Positions 29,340 through 39,407 of a stretch of DNA of 64,000 nt are shown here, piece after piece; positions within the stretch are counted from its first letter, which is position 1; each line of letters starts with the position of its first letter. The position numbers and the translations under genes are program-made. Under the pieces are notes generated by a model that was given only the letters and a program-made list of their open reading frames with translations, had not been told where the DNA came from and did not search any database. The DNA is taken from contig CAVSYI010000008.1 in NCBI GenBank assembly GCA_963732045.1, forward strand, positions 63,317 to 127,316. The letters are read 5' to 3'. The stretch comes from Terriglobia bacterium (GTDB lineage: Bacteria; Acidobacteriota; Terriglobia; Terriglobales; Acidobacteriaceae).

Positions 29340-30977
29340 ACGGGCGAGGACGCCCAGTCCTCCATCAGCCGATTCGTCTATTTCTTCGCGTCGACTGATC
29401 CGTTCCAGTTCAATCACAGCAATCCATTGCCGGTTGCGGGTCTCGTTGTACACCACGTTTCCGCCCAGGATCTGAGCGGCCGCCGTGGGCGGCACGATCG
29501 TGGTGGTAGTCGAAGAACCGTTGCTTCCATTCCTGCCACAAGCTGCCAATGCTCGCAGCAAAGGATGTGCAGGCTCGTACTTGGTGGAGAACACGAGCGC
29601 GACTTCGAAAGTCGGAGCGCAGATCATTCGAACGGGCATCGGCCGCTGACATCAGTTGCTCCAGCGCGAAGTGTTCAATGCGCACCACGCGCATCGGCCG
29701 GGTGACATAGCCCAGGTACGGACGCGTCAGTTCGTCGCTGGCCGGCCAGGCGGTAAGCACCCGCGCCATGGGATAGCGCGCTTCCAGGAATTCTTCGGCC
29801 CGCTGGTGCAACGGATGTAGTCCGCGTAGGCCAGATTGTCTTCCGGAGCGAAACCGTAGGGCGGGTTGGTAAACCATCCCAGCCACGAACATCAGGGCGA
29901 TGATTGCGACCACGCCGCGCCACAGACGCACTCTGCGCCAGAGCGTGGACACGCAGACCAGAATTACCAGCGGCACCACCGGCAACATGTAGCGCGCCAG
30001 TTCCGCGCCGCCCACCATCGCCATGGCGAGCACGTACGCCACCATCACCGCGAGCATGGCGAACTGCGCGTCCAGGGCAATGCGCGGACGTTCACCATTC
30101 TGGTCGCGCAGCGGAGGCAGCCACATGGCGAACAACGCCGCCAGCGTCAGCATCAGAAGATGAAAATAGCCGCAGGGTCTGCCACAGACGAACCAGCAAG
30201 GCGAGCAGGATTCGAAGAGGCTGGATGCGTGGCCTGCGACGTTGTAGCGAAAAAACTCCGGATTGCCGAAAACAAATCCGGTCTTCCAGTAGTGGAAAAC
30301 GTACCAGGCGGTCAGCGGAATAAGTGGAACCAGAAGGAAGTCCGGTTGCGGGAATCTTCGCTCCGGCAGAGTCTTTCCTCCCAGCGACGCGCCAGCGCCG
30401 CGGCATGAAGATCCCAGGCGAACAAAGCCAGCGGCGCCAGGATCGCAGTCTCTTTGGTCAAGCTGGCGAGCGAGAACCAGAGCGCGGCGTCCCATCCTCT
30501 GCCCTTCATGTAGGCGTTCAGTCCCCAGAAGGTAAGTCCGGCAGCCGCCAGGTCGAGGTGGACGAGAGAGCTTTGCGCGAAGAACACAGGATAGAGCGCG
30601 GTCAGGACCGTGGTCGCGACCGCGACTTCGACGTTGGCCAACGTTTCCGCCAGCCGGAATAAGCCGAGCAGAGCAAACGATGATGCCAGCAGAAGCATCG
30701 CGGTTCGGGTCACGATGGGCGCGAAACCGGCCAGCTTCCACCACAGCGCCAGATAGGCCATCAGCAGCGGCGGGTGCGCGTTGGAAACGGTGGAGTGCGG
30801 AATCGGGCTGCCGGTCAGCAGCAGATCGCGCGCGGCCGGCACGTAGTAGCCGGCTTCGTCCCAGAAATACGGGCAGGCGCAGCAAGCGGCGCATGCAGGG
30901 CCATGAGCGCCACAAAGGCGATAGCAAAGACGAGTCCCGGGATGAACGCCTCGCGAAGGGTGGTCAAGGGTTGTCAA
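29340..30977 (-). CDS. ArnT/PMT-like (GT39/GT83-type) membrane glycosyltransferase, multiple frame changes; 3' end approximate
   Basis: ORF 30312..30977 (FWDEAGYYVPAARDLL...HPPLLMAYLALWWKLAG...), ORF 29410..30927 and ORF 29130..29639 read as one polytopic membrane protein. Confidence 0.5.
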
Positions 30978-31005
30978 TACAGTGGATGGATGCTGTGTCT
31001 GCCGG

Positions 31006-31302
31006 CTAGTGCACCGGGCCGGGAGCCATCATACGCGGATCCAGTTTGATCTCACCAAACGTGCTTTCGTACCCGGCTACATTCTGCTGCAGGATGGCCG
31101 ACAGCGCTTTGGCCTGCTGCGGACTCAGATAAATCCCCTGAAAATTATTGACTTCGACCTGGGACTCACTCTGCTGCTGAAGGGTCCCGAATACCAGAAA
31201 GAAATCCCAGACGTTCACCCGCACCTGCACGCTGTTGGCATAAGTCTCGCGATAGTCGGGAGTGTTGGTCAGTTTGATATTGGGCTGAATTGGGTTCGAC
31301 AT
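31006..31302 (-). CDS. DUF3467 domain protein
   Basis: Start MSNPIQPNIK (cat at 31300-31302) within ORF 31006..31563. YANSVQVRVNVWDFFLVFG...IYLSPQQAKALSAILQQNVAGYESTFGEI matches my recollection of DUF3467. Confidence 0.7.
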   Translation of the reverse strand: MSNPIQPNIKLTNTPDYRETYANSVQVRVNVWDFFLVFGTLQQQSESQVEVNNFQGIYLSPQQAKALSAILQQNVAGYESTFGEIKLDPRMMAPGPVH

Positions 31303-31673
31303 AGGAAAGTGCAAGTGTAGCGGGATTGGGCCCGGGAAACAACGCAACAAGTCGAATGGCAAGAGCACAGTGTCATCCTGAGCGGAGCTGAACGTTTCGC
31401 TTGCGAAACGCTCAGCGGAGTCGAAGGACCCACCCTCTCCGCATTGCCATCGCCAGGAATGTTCGTCTGTGGCTCGAGTGCCACTGCGATGTTTGGTCAA
31501 CCGGCTTCGCTGCCGAGCGACGACCGCCCTGATTCCGGCCAAACAAGATCGAATGCGCAGCATCCTTGCGGGAATGATACGTTATACGAATCCAGAAGCC
31601 CTCGGTTGCCAGGAACGAACGGGTCACTCTTGGGGTATGAACTGATGGCACCGCGGCAAGGAACAAACAGAAG

Positions 31674-33267
31674 ATGACAATCAGCAGACGCGAGTTCATC
31701 GCCAGAATCGCGCGGTCTGGCGGCTATCGGCGCCGCCTTCATGACCATGCACTCGCTGGGGCTTCTGGGCATGGTCGAGACCGAGCAGCGGAAGGACTTC
31801 CCCCTGCCGCCCTCGACCGGTCGCGGAACGAAAGTGATTATTCTCGGCGCCGGAATTGCCGGGCTGGTCTCCGCCTACGAGATGCGGCGGGCCGGATTCG
31901 ACTGCACCGTGCTGGAAGCGCGCGAGCGTCCCGGCGGGCGCAACTGGACTCTGCGTGCCGGATCGAAGCTGGCTCTTCAACGATGGGACATCGCAGGCTT
32001 GTACGTTCGACGAGGGAAATTACTTCAACGCGGCCCGGCGCGTCTGCCCTCCATACACAAGACCATGCTGGGTTACTGCAACGAACTGGGAGTGGAACTT
32101 GAGGTCGAGGTAAATAGCTCGCGCAGCACGCTGCTGCAGAGTGACGACGTGTTTGACGGCAAACCCATTCGCCAGGCGCAGGCCATCAACGATACTCGCG
32201 GCCATGTCGCCGAATTGCTGGCCAAATGCGTGCAACAGGGCGCGCTCGATCAGGCCTTCACTCAGGACGACCACGCCGCGGTCATGGAATTTCTCAAGAC
32301 CTATGGCGCCCTGGGAAAGAACTATCAGTACACCGGCTCATCGCGCTCCGGCGACCAGCAATTGCCCGGCGCGGGCGACCAGATTGAAATCCCCCGCGCA
32401 CCTCTCTCTTTCTCGGACCTGCTCAAGTCGAAGTTCTGCCAGCCCATGCTTTTTGAAGAACTGCTCGACATGCAGGCCACCATGTTCCAACCGGTTGGCG
32501 GCATGGACCGGATTCCTTACGCCTTCGCGCGTTCTCTCGGCGATGTCGTCCGCTATAACTCGCCGGTCACCGAAATCAGAAAAACAACCGACGGCGTCAG
32601 GGTGTTGTACCGCAAAGGAGAATCCGGCCCGGTTGAGTCGGTCGAGGCGGCCTATTGCATTTGCGCGATGCCGCTGACCATTCTCAAGACCATACCCAAC
32701 GACTTCGCTCCGCGCGTGAAATCGGCGATCGAGCAGGTCGTCTATGACTCTGCCTACAAAATTGCGTGGGAATCGCGACGCTTCTGGGAGCAGGACGGCG
32801 ACGAGATTTACGGCGGCATCTCGTTTCTTACGACCGGCCCGATCAGTCTGGTCTGGTATCCCAGCGCGAAGCTGATGTCGAAACGCGGCGTACTCATCTC
32901 CGGCTACGCCGTGGAGAACTGGACTGAGTTCGGCAAGCTGCCGAGCCATGAGGCGAAGATTGCTGCTTCCAGAGCCGCGGTGGAAAAACTGCATCCCGGC
33001 AAGAGCAAGGAACTGGAGAAGCCGATTTATATGTCCTGGGGCAAGGTACCTTATAGCCTGGGATCCTGGGTCAGTCGCGGACCTGACTATCCTGCTTCGG
33101 CCGACGACCCTTACTTTCAGGGGCGCCTACAGAGAATTCATCGTTCCCGATGATCGGATCTATTTTGCCGGAGACCACTGCAGTCATATCATCGGCTGGC
33201 AGGAAGGCGCAGCCCTGGCAGCCCAGAGGGCGATCGCGATGATTGTCAGACCGGGTCAACAGCGTAG
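31674..33267 (+). CDS. TAT-exported flavin amine oxidase family protein, several frame changes
   Basis: MTISRREFIARIARSG (twin-Arg) in ORF 31674..32102. VIILGAGIAGLVSAYEMRRAGFDCTVLEARERPGGR in ORF 31741..33153. Short detour through ORF 31856..32113 (FNDGTSQACTFDEGNYFNA). C-terminus YREFIVPDDRIYFAGDHCSHIIGWQEGAALAAQRAI in ORF 32948... Stop placed at TAG 33265-33267, tentative. Confidence 0.75.
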
Positions 33268-33289
33268 GGGCGGACGCTCTCGTCCGCCC
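33268..33289. terminator. GC hairpin between convergent amine-oxidase and OMP genes
   Basis: gggcggacg-ctct-cgtccgccc, 9-bp perfect stem. Same ggcggac/gtccgcc motif as at 13797-13820. Confidence 0.5.
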
Positions 33290-33380
33290 TGGCGGAGCGA
33301 AGCTCCGCTAGCTTCCAGGCGAGCTGCGCCGCCCGCGACGCGAAGGGGCGTCCGGTCTACGCGATTGTTGCTGCTGCATT

Positions 33381-34751
33381 TCAGTGCGCCCGCAGGCGCA
33401 GGAACAAAATCGCACCGACCGGGTGCCCACCGTAGATCGGTTTCAGCGACATCCGGCACGCCGTACCAGGTAAATTGTCCACCCAGCCCAGTCGGACAGA
33501 TGCGGAATGTGGCCGACTTCCCTTTCATAGCCCGCTGTGTAAGCCTGCACTCGGGTGAAATATCGTTCGCTGAATCCGGGCGGTTCGGGATTGCCGCCGA
33601 GCAGAAGCTCATTGGTACGGTCCACATTTTCGATGCGAGTCCAGGCATAGTTGCGCTCGAGAAATCGCACCGTCGATTCCAGCAGATAGCTGTTGCCGAC
33701 GTTGCCTCCGGCAACATCCTGATTTCTGCCCCAGAGCAGCAACGACGCCCAGTTCCCTTTCGGCAAAGGACGGTTGTACTGCACCGACGCGGTCATGCGC
33801 CTGACGTCTTCAGCGGGCGCAAGCTACTCCGGGCTGTGCATCTGCGCAATGGAATATTGCAGACTCCAGTTCTGTCCGGGATTGGCGCGTGACCCGCGCC
33901 GACCACGAGTCTATCTTCCCGGAATTGATGTTCCAGCGGAACTCATCGGGCTCGCGTCCGTGAAATCCCGAGGCTTCCACGCGACGTTACGATGGGTGAT
34001 GCCCAGGGTGACGACATCGGCCGCAATGTGCGTGGAGTCCTGAAGATGATGTCCCAGCGGCGCGATGGGATCTTCCGACGCCGACGCCCGATGCGGATAC
34101 GCCGGCGGCCCCATCGCCGGATCTCCCATGGGCGCGGCGTATACCGACAACAACGTATGCTCCGCCAGACTTGTAGTCGTACAAAGCGGCGAGTTCCATG
34201 AAGAAATCATGAGGATGCTGGCCATCGACGATCGGACGTCCGAATGCCGTTTCTCCCTGCTGGAACAGCTCGGGATAGAACCGCTTCGAAACCGTGGCAG
34301 GTTCAAAGCTGAGCATGGTGCGAAGTGTCAGCGTACCCTTGCCAAATTTTCGTTGCGCCATCGGCATCCACCAGTTGGTGGAAAACAGCTTGTCGTAGCC
34401 GCGCGGACCACTCTGCTGCGTCTCGATTAGAAAACCTTCGCCGTGAAACATGAGCGTCCAACTACCCTTGGTGGTCATGAGCATTTCGGTGGGAGTGGAA
34501 TTGGGCTCTGCGTCAGTGCCTGACGTTGCGTGCTGCAACCTAGACTCAATGAGTGACTTCGGTTGCATGTTCATCTTTTCGGTTGAGGTGTTGTGGGTAT
34601 CCATACCAGGCATGCCGGGCATTTCTTGCGCAGAATGCGACGGTCCCGAAATGTCCATGGGTTCGTCGGAAGTCTGGCCCACAGCCCGAAAAACCGGCAG
34701 TATGAGACACAACAAGATTACGAGAGCAACAAGAAATAGTTTCCGCACCAA
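33381..34751 (-). CDS. Conserved-looking secreted/outer-membrane protein of unknown function with Met/His-rich N-terminal tract; at least 4 frame changes
   Basis: ORFs 33987..34751 (signal peptide, QEMPGMPGMDTHN, WTLMFHGEGFLIETQQSGPRGYDKLFSTNWWMPMAQ), 33911..34306 and 33443..33796. My translation of the last frames gives ...GGQFTWYGVPD / SLKPIYGGHPVGAILFLRLRAH*, stop 33381-33383. Confidence 0.45.
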
Positions 34752-34820
34752 TATCCCCTTGGCGTTAAAAACGAAATGCCGTTCAGGCCTTCCGGCCCGC
34801 AGGATGGAAATTGGTCAGGT

Positions 34821-35171
34821 TTAGACGCGGAGAGGAATCGTACGAGGGGGATCAGGCGACGAGACTGTTGCACTACCAGAATCGTTACGCGTAGAGATCA
34901 GCAACGCAGCTGGTTGACGTTGAACCGCGACCCCGACAACCAGAGGCGGTCGCGGAGTTGCAGCAATTTGTAGCAGAGCAGAATTATGCCCAACCTGGCA
35001 GCAGCGATAGGATGGCGTCGGCGCAGGAGACGTCGCACCCTGCTGGTGGCAACCGCCAGCAGGAACGGTCCCGGCGTGCATGGTCCCGGTTTCTTGCCAG
35101 GGCAACAAAACCGTCGCCAATCCCAGCACCAGAAGCACCGCGAGCACCCTGGAAGCGCGTTTCTCCATCAC
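34821..35171 (-). CDS. Small secreted Cys/His-containing protein (116 aa), unknown function
   Basis: Signal peptide MMEKRASRVLAVLLVLGLATVLL. GGCHQQG...YRCCQVGHNSALL. Immediately upstream (same strand) of the Met/His-rich OMP. Confidence 0.4.
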   Translation of the reverse strand: MMEKRASRVLAVLLVLGLATVLLPWQETGTMHAGTVPAGGCHQQGATSPAPTPSYRCCQVGHNSALLQIAATPRPPLVVGVAVQRQPAALLISTRNDSGSATVSSPDPPRTIPLRV

Positions 35172-35239
35172 TGCTCATTATATGCGCGAGCCATCACAGA
35201 CTTAAAAAGGAATGAATGGATCAGTTAAAATAAACGCAA

Positions 35240-35278
35240 GCCGGGATGGCGGAATTGGCAGACGCGTTGGACTTAGGA
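35240..35278 (+). repeat. Direct repeat / attL: copy of tRNA-Leu(UAG) nt 1-39 (acceptor 5' strand, D-arm, anticodon 5' stem and loop)
   Basis: gccgggatggcggaattggcagacgcgttggacttagga. Nt 1-25 are identical to 38520-38544 and nt 26-39 to 43618-43631. It diverges after the anticodon loop, with no pairing 3' stem. Confidence 0.85.
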
Positions 35279-35828
35279 ACCTCAAACAGAATTGCGAGGA
35301 ATTGCACGAAGTTGCAAGGGCTTCTGTTTATGCGGGTTTTAGCGATTCAGGCTGGCAACGGCTTGCACGGAATAGCACCAAATTACAAACCAAACTGACA
35401 CCAAAACTGAAACCAAAGTTCCACTTCTTGAACGGCATAATCTAAAAACGTAGCCACAGCGCTTCCTCCACTCTTTCAAGCTTGTTCCCTTTGACTAGAC
35501 CGGCGCGCCAACTCTCAAAGTATTCGCAGAGTGTCGTCATGTGGGAATCCTGAGAGCGAAACGATGTCTTGCAATAGCATTGCCTTCCCAGGCATCATCA
35601 CGGACAAAACTTTTTCGGATTGCTTGTCCACCACTTTCGCTCCAGGTGTTCGATTTTGACATTGCAGACCCGCGGTGACTACCACGTAACGACTTCGTGC
35701 AGGAAGTTGGTACGGAACGAACGGGAGGACAATCGCAAAGGCGATAGGAAAACAGCTTAGCTGGAGGAGGAAATGGTGAGAGCGACACGCACAAGAATGT
35801 ACATCCGATGAGGTATGCCCTCCGTTGA

Positions 35829-37097
35829 CTACCCGGTAGCACGCATAGAATTGCTTCCCGAGCCGAGAGGCACACGAGCGTGGATCGTGGTGCCACGCTT
35901 GGGTTGCGATTCGATTGAAAACGTTCCGTTCACCAATTTTAGCCGCTCCTCCATGCTGATCAGGCCCAAGCCTCGGCTCTCCCTTGCAACTTGGCTAACA
36001 AAGCCCGAGCCGGAGTCGCTAACCGTGAGATGAATCTCCTCCGAAGTTTCCCACAGTTGCGCTTGGAAGTGCCGTACCCCGCTGTGTTTTGCCGCATTGT
36101 GGAGGGCTTCTTGCAAAACTCGGAAGAGGCAAAGATCAACGTCCGGTGACAAAGGGCTAGGCAAATCGTGGGTTTGGAGGTCAATCTCCACTTTCTGCTT
36201 CTCGCCGAATTCTCGGCAGAAGCTTCTCATGGCTCCTGCAATACCCAGATATTCCAGTTTCGCCGAATGCAACTCGTGCGACAAGAATTGAATATCGGCC
36301 GCTATCTCGGAGGTCTGTTTTCGCAGTTCACCGATGCGGCTTGGGACTTCAGACAAATTGGGAGGGCTTTGTTGGAGTTGATCTAACTCGATGGTCAACA
36401 TTGCAAGACGTTGACCGATGTCGTCGTGGAGTTCTCTGGCAATCCGGGAACGTTCCTGCTCTTGTGCCTCCATCATCCTGCGGCTTACGTCTGCAAGGGC
36501 AGCTTCAGCCAGTTTACGCTCGGTGATGTCAACACTAATCCCGATGTAACCCTCAAACGAACGGTCCTGAGTAAACCTCGGTACTCCAATGCCTAGCATC
36601 CACCGATACTCTCCGTCGTGCCGCCGTAGCCGATACTCAATTGTGAATTTCTCTTGCCGATTAAAGGATTGCGAGTAGGTTTCGAGACTCCGCTGCAAAT
36701 CCTCCGGGTGGACACCTTCTGTCCAGCCTTTTCCAAGCTCCGCATCAAGTGATCGTCCGGTAAAATCCAGCCAAGTCTTGTTGAAGTAGGTGCGGAGTTT
36801 GTCCGTGCGCGCCATCCAGATCAACGCCGGAGCAGCGTTGGCGACCAATCGGAAGCGTTCTTCGCTCTCGCGCAGTTTATCTGTGGCTTGCTGCCGCCAA
36901 CGCTCGTAAAGGAGAACCACAAATCCGACACAAATGGCAGCTATAACGTCGTCCAAGAGCGCTAAGAAACCATGAACATTATGAACGTTCAGCCAGACTG
37001 TTAGCCCGCTCCCAAGAAGAAAGACGCAAACACTCGCGCCGATGCTCTTGAATGCTCCACTCCAGCCGTGACTCCACTTGCTGGACTCTTTTGTCAT
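35829..37097 (-). CDS. PAS-domain sensor histidine kinase (HisKA_3/NarX-DesK type), no cognate regulator adjacent
   Basis: 422 aa. Two N-terminal TMs, PAS (FRLVANAAPALIWMARTD...), H-box ARELHDDIGQRL, HATPase (HNAAKHSG...DSGSGF...GLGLISMEERL). Confidence 0.85.
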   Translation of the reverse strand: MTKESSKWSHGWSGAFKSIGASVCVFLLGSGLTVWLNVHNVHGFLALLDDVIAAICVGFVVLLYERWRQQATDKLRESEERFRLVANAAPALIWMARTDKLRTYFNKTWLDFTGRSLDAELGKGWTEGVHPEDLQRSLETYSQSFNRQEKFTIEYRLRRHDGEYRWMLGIGVPRFTQDRSFEGYIGISVDITERKLAEAALADVSRRMMEAQEQERSRIARELHDDIGQRLAMLTIELDQLQQSPPNLSEVPSRIGELRKQTSEIAADIQFLSHELHSAKLEYLGIAGAMRSFCREFGEKQKVEIDLQTHDLPSPLSPDVDLCLFRVLQEALHNAAKHSGVRHFQAQLWETSEEIHLTVSDSGSGFVSQVARESRGLGLISMEERLKLVNGTFSIESQPKRGTTIHARVPLGSGSNSMRATG

Positions 37098-37540
37098 ATA
37101 CAGCTCAAACTAGCTTTATCGCAATCGGGAGGAGCGCATCGGGCATCCTGAGGCAGTTGTCCCTCATGTCTGATTCACTCCTGCGCAATGAGTGAATCGC
37201 CCATGTACAGTTTACACCTCAAGCTGGTGGATGGCTTTAAGCTCGGCTCTTAAACTGGCAATTATTTCCTCTTTTTATTCTTCCTCGGTCAATAATCGAT
37301 GGCGACCTAGCAAAAGTGCTAGCTGACTAGGCACATGAGAGCAGGTATTCTGGGCCAGTTCAGAATCGCAACGCGGTCATGGGCAAGTGTTCGGGAAACC
37401 GACGTTCGGACCCTCACGACTGCATTGCCTTCATTCATGTATCGCTTAAAGCCGGACCATGCAGGTTCGGCTTTTTTGCTCTTAAGGAATTTCTCCAACC
37501 CCAATCAGGCGTCGCCCGGAATATAGCTTCGCCACCAGAA

Positions 37541-37995
37541 TCAGCGACCAAAATGTGCGCGTGAGCGACGCGAGTTTTTCAAAGGCTCCAGCCGGGCCAC
37601 CAATATGATTAGCAACCCGAAGGCTGTCAGAAACGCCATCATCAGTAATGTGGTGAGAATCGAATAAGCCGTCCATCGTTTCCATCGGCTATCGCCCGAA
37701 AATCGCCAGGCGAACAAGAGCAGGACCAGCAGCGAAGAATTGAAGGCGATCAAATTGCAAACCAAATGCAGCGGCTCGTGAATGAAGATCGCATCACCAG
37801 CCACACCGACCCCAGACAGAAATTGAAAGGTTGGAATCAGGACTGCGCCCCGCCCTGCGCCCAGCTCTCTGCCCAGCGCTAAGGCAAATGTCATCAACAT
37901 CAGCCCAAAGACAAGAAAAATTAATCCGTTGTGCCACCCTAAAGCAGTGAATTCAAGGGCGCTGATCGTCCCCCGCAGTGTGTCGTAGTTTGCAG
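37541..37995 (-). pseudogene. DUF998-like membrane protein, 5'-truncated
   Basis: Protein-like part of ORF 37541..38254 begins about ...YDTLRGTISALEFTALGWHNGLIFLVFGLMLMTFALAL, followed by 4 more TMs. The first roughly 40 aa expected for the family are replaced by integrase antisense sequence. Confidence 0.5.
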
Positions 37996-38463
37996 CCCTG
38001 GCCCCCAGATAGACCTTACGATTTGCCTTGATCCTGGCGATACCAAAAATGACGAAGGTCGCACGATCAAGATGACAACTGAAGTCTATGATCTTCTGAA
38101 GCAGTGCGTGGCTGGAAAAGCTGGAAGTGATTATGTGTTTACCAGAGACGGCAGGCCTATCTTGGATTTCCGTGGGGCATGGTGGGCGCTCTGCGTAAAG
38201 GCTGGCGTGGGGAAATTCGGAGCCAAAGACAAGCGCGGTAAACGTCCCTATCAAGGGCTCTCTTTCACGACCTCAGGCGTTCTGCTGTTCGCAATATGGT
38301 GGCGGCTGGAATTCCCGAAGTAGTTTGCATGAAGATCAGTGGCCACAAGAGCAGATCGGTATTTGATCGCTATAATGTCGTATCGACTTCTGACGTGGCA
38401 GAAGCAACGCAGAAGCTCGAAAATCGGAAATTGCAGGCTAAAATGGAACTGACACAAAACTAG
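37970..38463 (+). pseudogene. int: Tyrosine recombinase/integrase, C-terminal catalytic fragment only (plus one frame change)
   Basis: Own translation: ...PQIDLTICLDPGDTKNDEGRTIKMTTEVYDLLKQCVAGKAGSDYVFTRDGRPILDFRGAWWALCVKAG... Then in another frame [45 protein letters not shown]...*, with HxxR, GH and the catalytic Tyr. The N-terminal SAM-like domain and box I Arg are missing. Confidence 0.8.
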
Positions 38464-38519
38464 CACCAGCACTTCAGAGACAACATGGAAAGTCGCTGAA
38501 GACCGCATAAACACTACGT

Positions 38520-38544
38520 GCCGGGATGGCGGAATTGGCAGACG
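38520..38544 (+). tRNA. tRNA-Leu(UAG) nt 1-25 (5' piece of interrupted gene)
   Basis: gccgggatggcggaattggcagacg, identical to 35240-35264. Ends inside the 3' strand of the D-stem. Abuts 43618 to give a complete tRNA. Confidence 0.85.
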
Positions 38545-38833
38545 TACATCGGCCGGCGCGTCCGCCTCAAGTTCATCGATGACATCAGGAAGGCGAATGC
38601 CCAGAAGAGGAAGCGGCCGTCGACCGTCTCCTACAGCGATGCCATTCTCCTCCCGCCGGCTCCGACGGTGTCTATCGGACGCCTAACCATCACTGCCATG
38701 TATGCCAGGACGTTTTACGCGAAGAGGAAGGATGCAAAGCACTGTAGCGAACGGTGTCAAAAAAGAGCCGAACGGGTGATTGTCGGAGATAAGTTACGAA
38801 TAGGTTTGACGAAGAGGGAAAAAGGGCAAAGCC

Positions 38834-39407
38834 ATGAAGAAGCAAATCGAGCAATTGAAGAAACAGATCGCGGACCTGCAGGCGTTCTGCGCGGTCCTGA
38901 CGCCGGTCTTTGAGAAAGAGTATCGGCGCAGGAAGAAGGCGAAGGCTCTGTGACACCCGAAAGAGAAAAGAGCTCCAAGAGATTGTTGCGGAGCAGGTCG
39001 CCGAGAGATGGCCGCCGAGGCCGCCGTCGACAAGATCGCGGCCATGAAGCCCAGATCTTCGAAGCCGGAGGGGTGGGACTTCGAGGAGGAGCGCGCAGAG
39101 CACGCTCTTCAGCAGAGGCAGAGGGCTCGGGTGGCGAAGCGGCCGGTGCGCAGGAAGCCGGCGCCGGAGTGTCCTCCGAGGCTATTTCCCATGGGAAAGC
39201 CAGGGTACTTCGTCAACGATGAATTTGAAATCGTCGGTCCCCGCGGCCGCAGGCTCAGCACAGACGCTTCACCCCTACACCGGCCGGCCACGGGTCCAGG
39301 TTTATGTTGAGACAAATATGGAGGGTAAGCGGTTGAGGGCGTGGCTGGATCCGGAAGAGGAGTACAAGAAAGCCTATTTGCTGAAGTACGGTGTAGATCC
39401 TGCATGA
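38834..39407 (+). CDS. Hypothetical coiled-coil protein (frame changes likely)
   Basis: MKKQIEQLKKQIADLQAFCAVLTPVFEKEYRRRKKAKAL, then KELQEIVAEQVAER / AAEAAVDKIAAMKPRSSKPEGWDFEEER... / ...VQVYVETNMEGKRLRAWLDPEEEYKKAYLLKYGVDPA in shifting frames. Confidence 0.3.

Larger units (their letters stand above)
35279..38519. mobile_element. Island I: degraded integrative island on the 5' side of tRNA-Leu (orphan histidine kinase, DUF998 fragment, integrase fragment)
   Basis: Bounded by the 39-nt tRNA 5'-half repeat (35240-35278) and the interrupted tRNA (38520...). Visibly lower GC, with an AT-rich spacer at 37100-37540. Tyrosine integrase 3' fragment ends 56 nt before the tRNA 5' end. Confidence 0.7.

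Noticed and set aside
35212-35445. ORFs reading through the tRNA pieces: 35212..35445(+), the start of 38518..38913(+), 43494..43709(+), 43541..43732(-).
   Set aside because: They owe their open frames to tRNA or junction sequence. Where protein-like, the coding signal belongs to island genes truncated at the junction.
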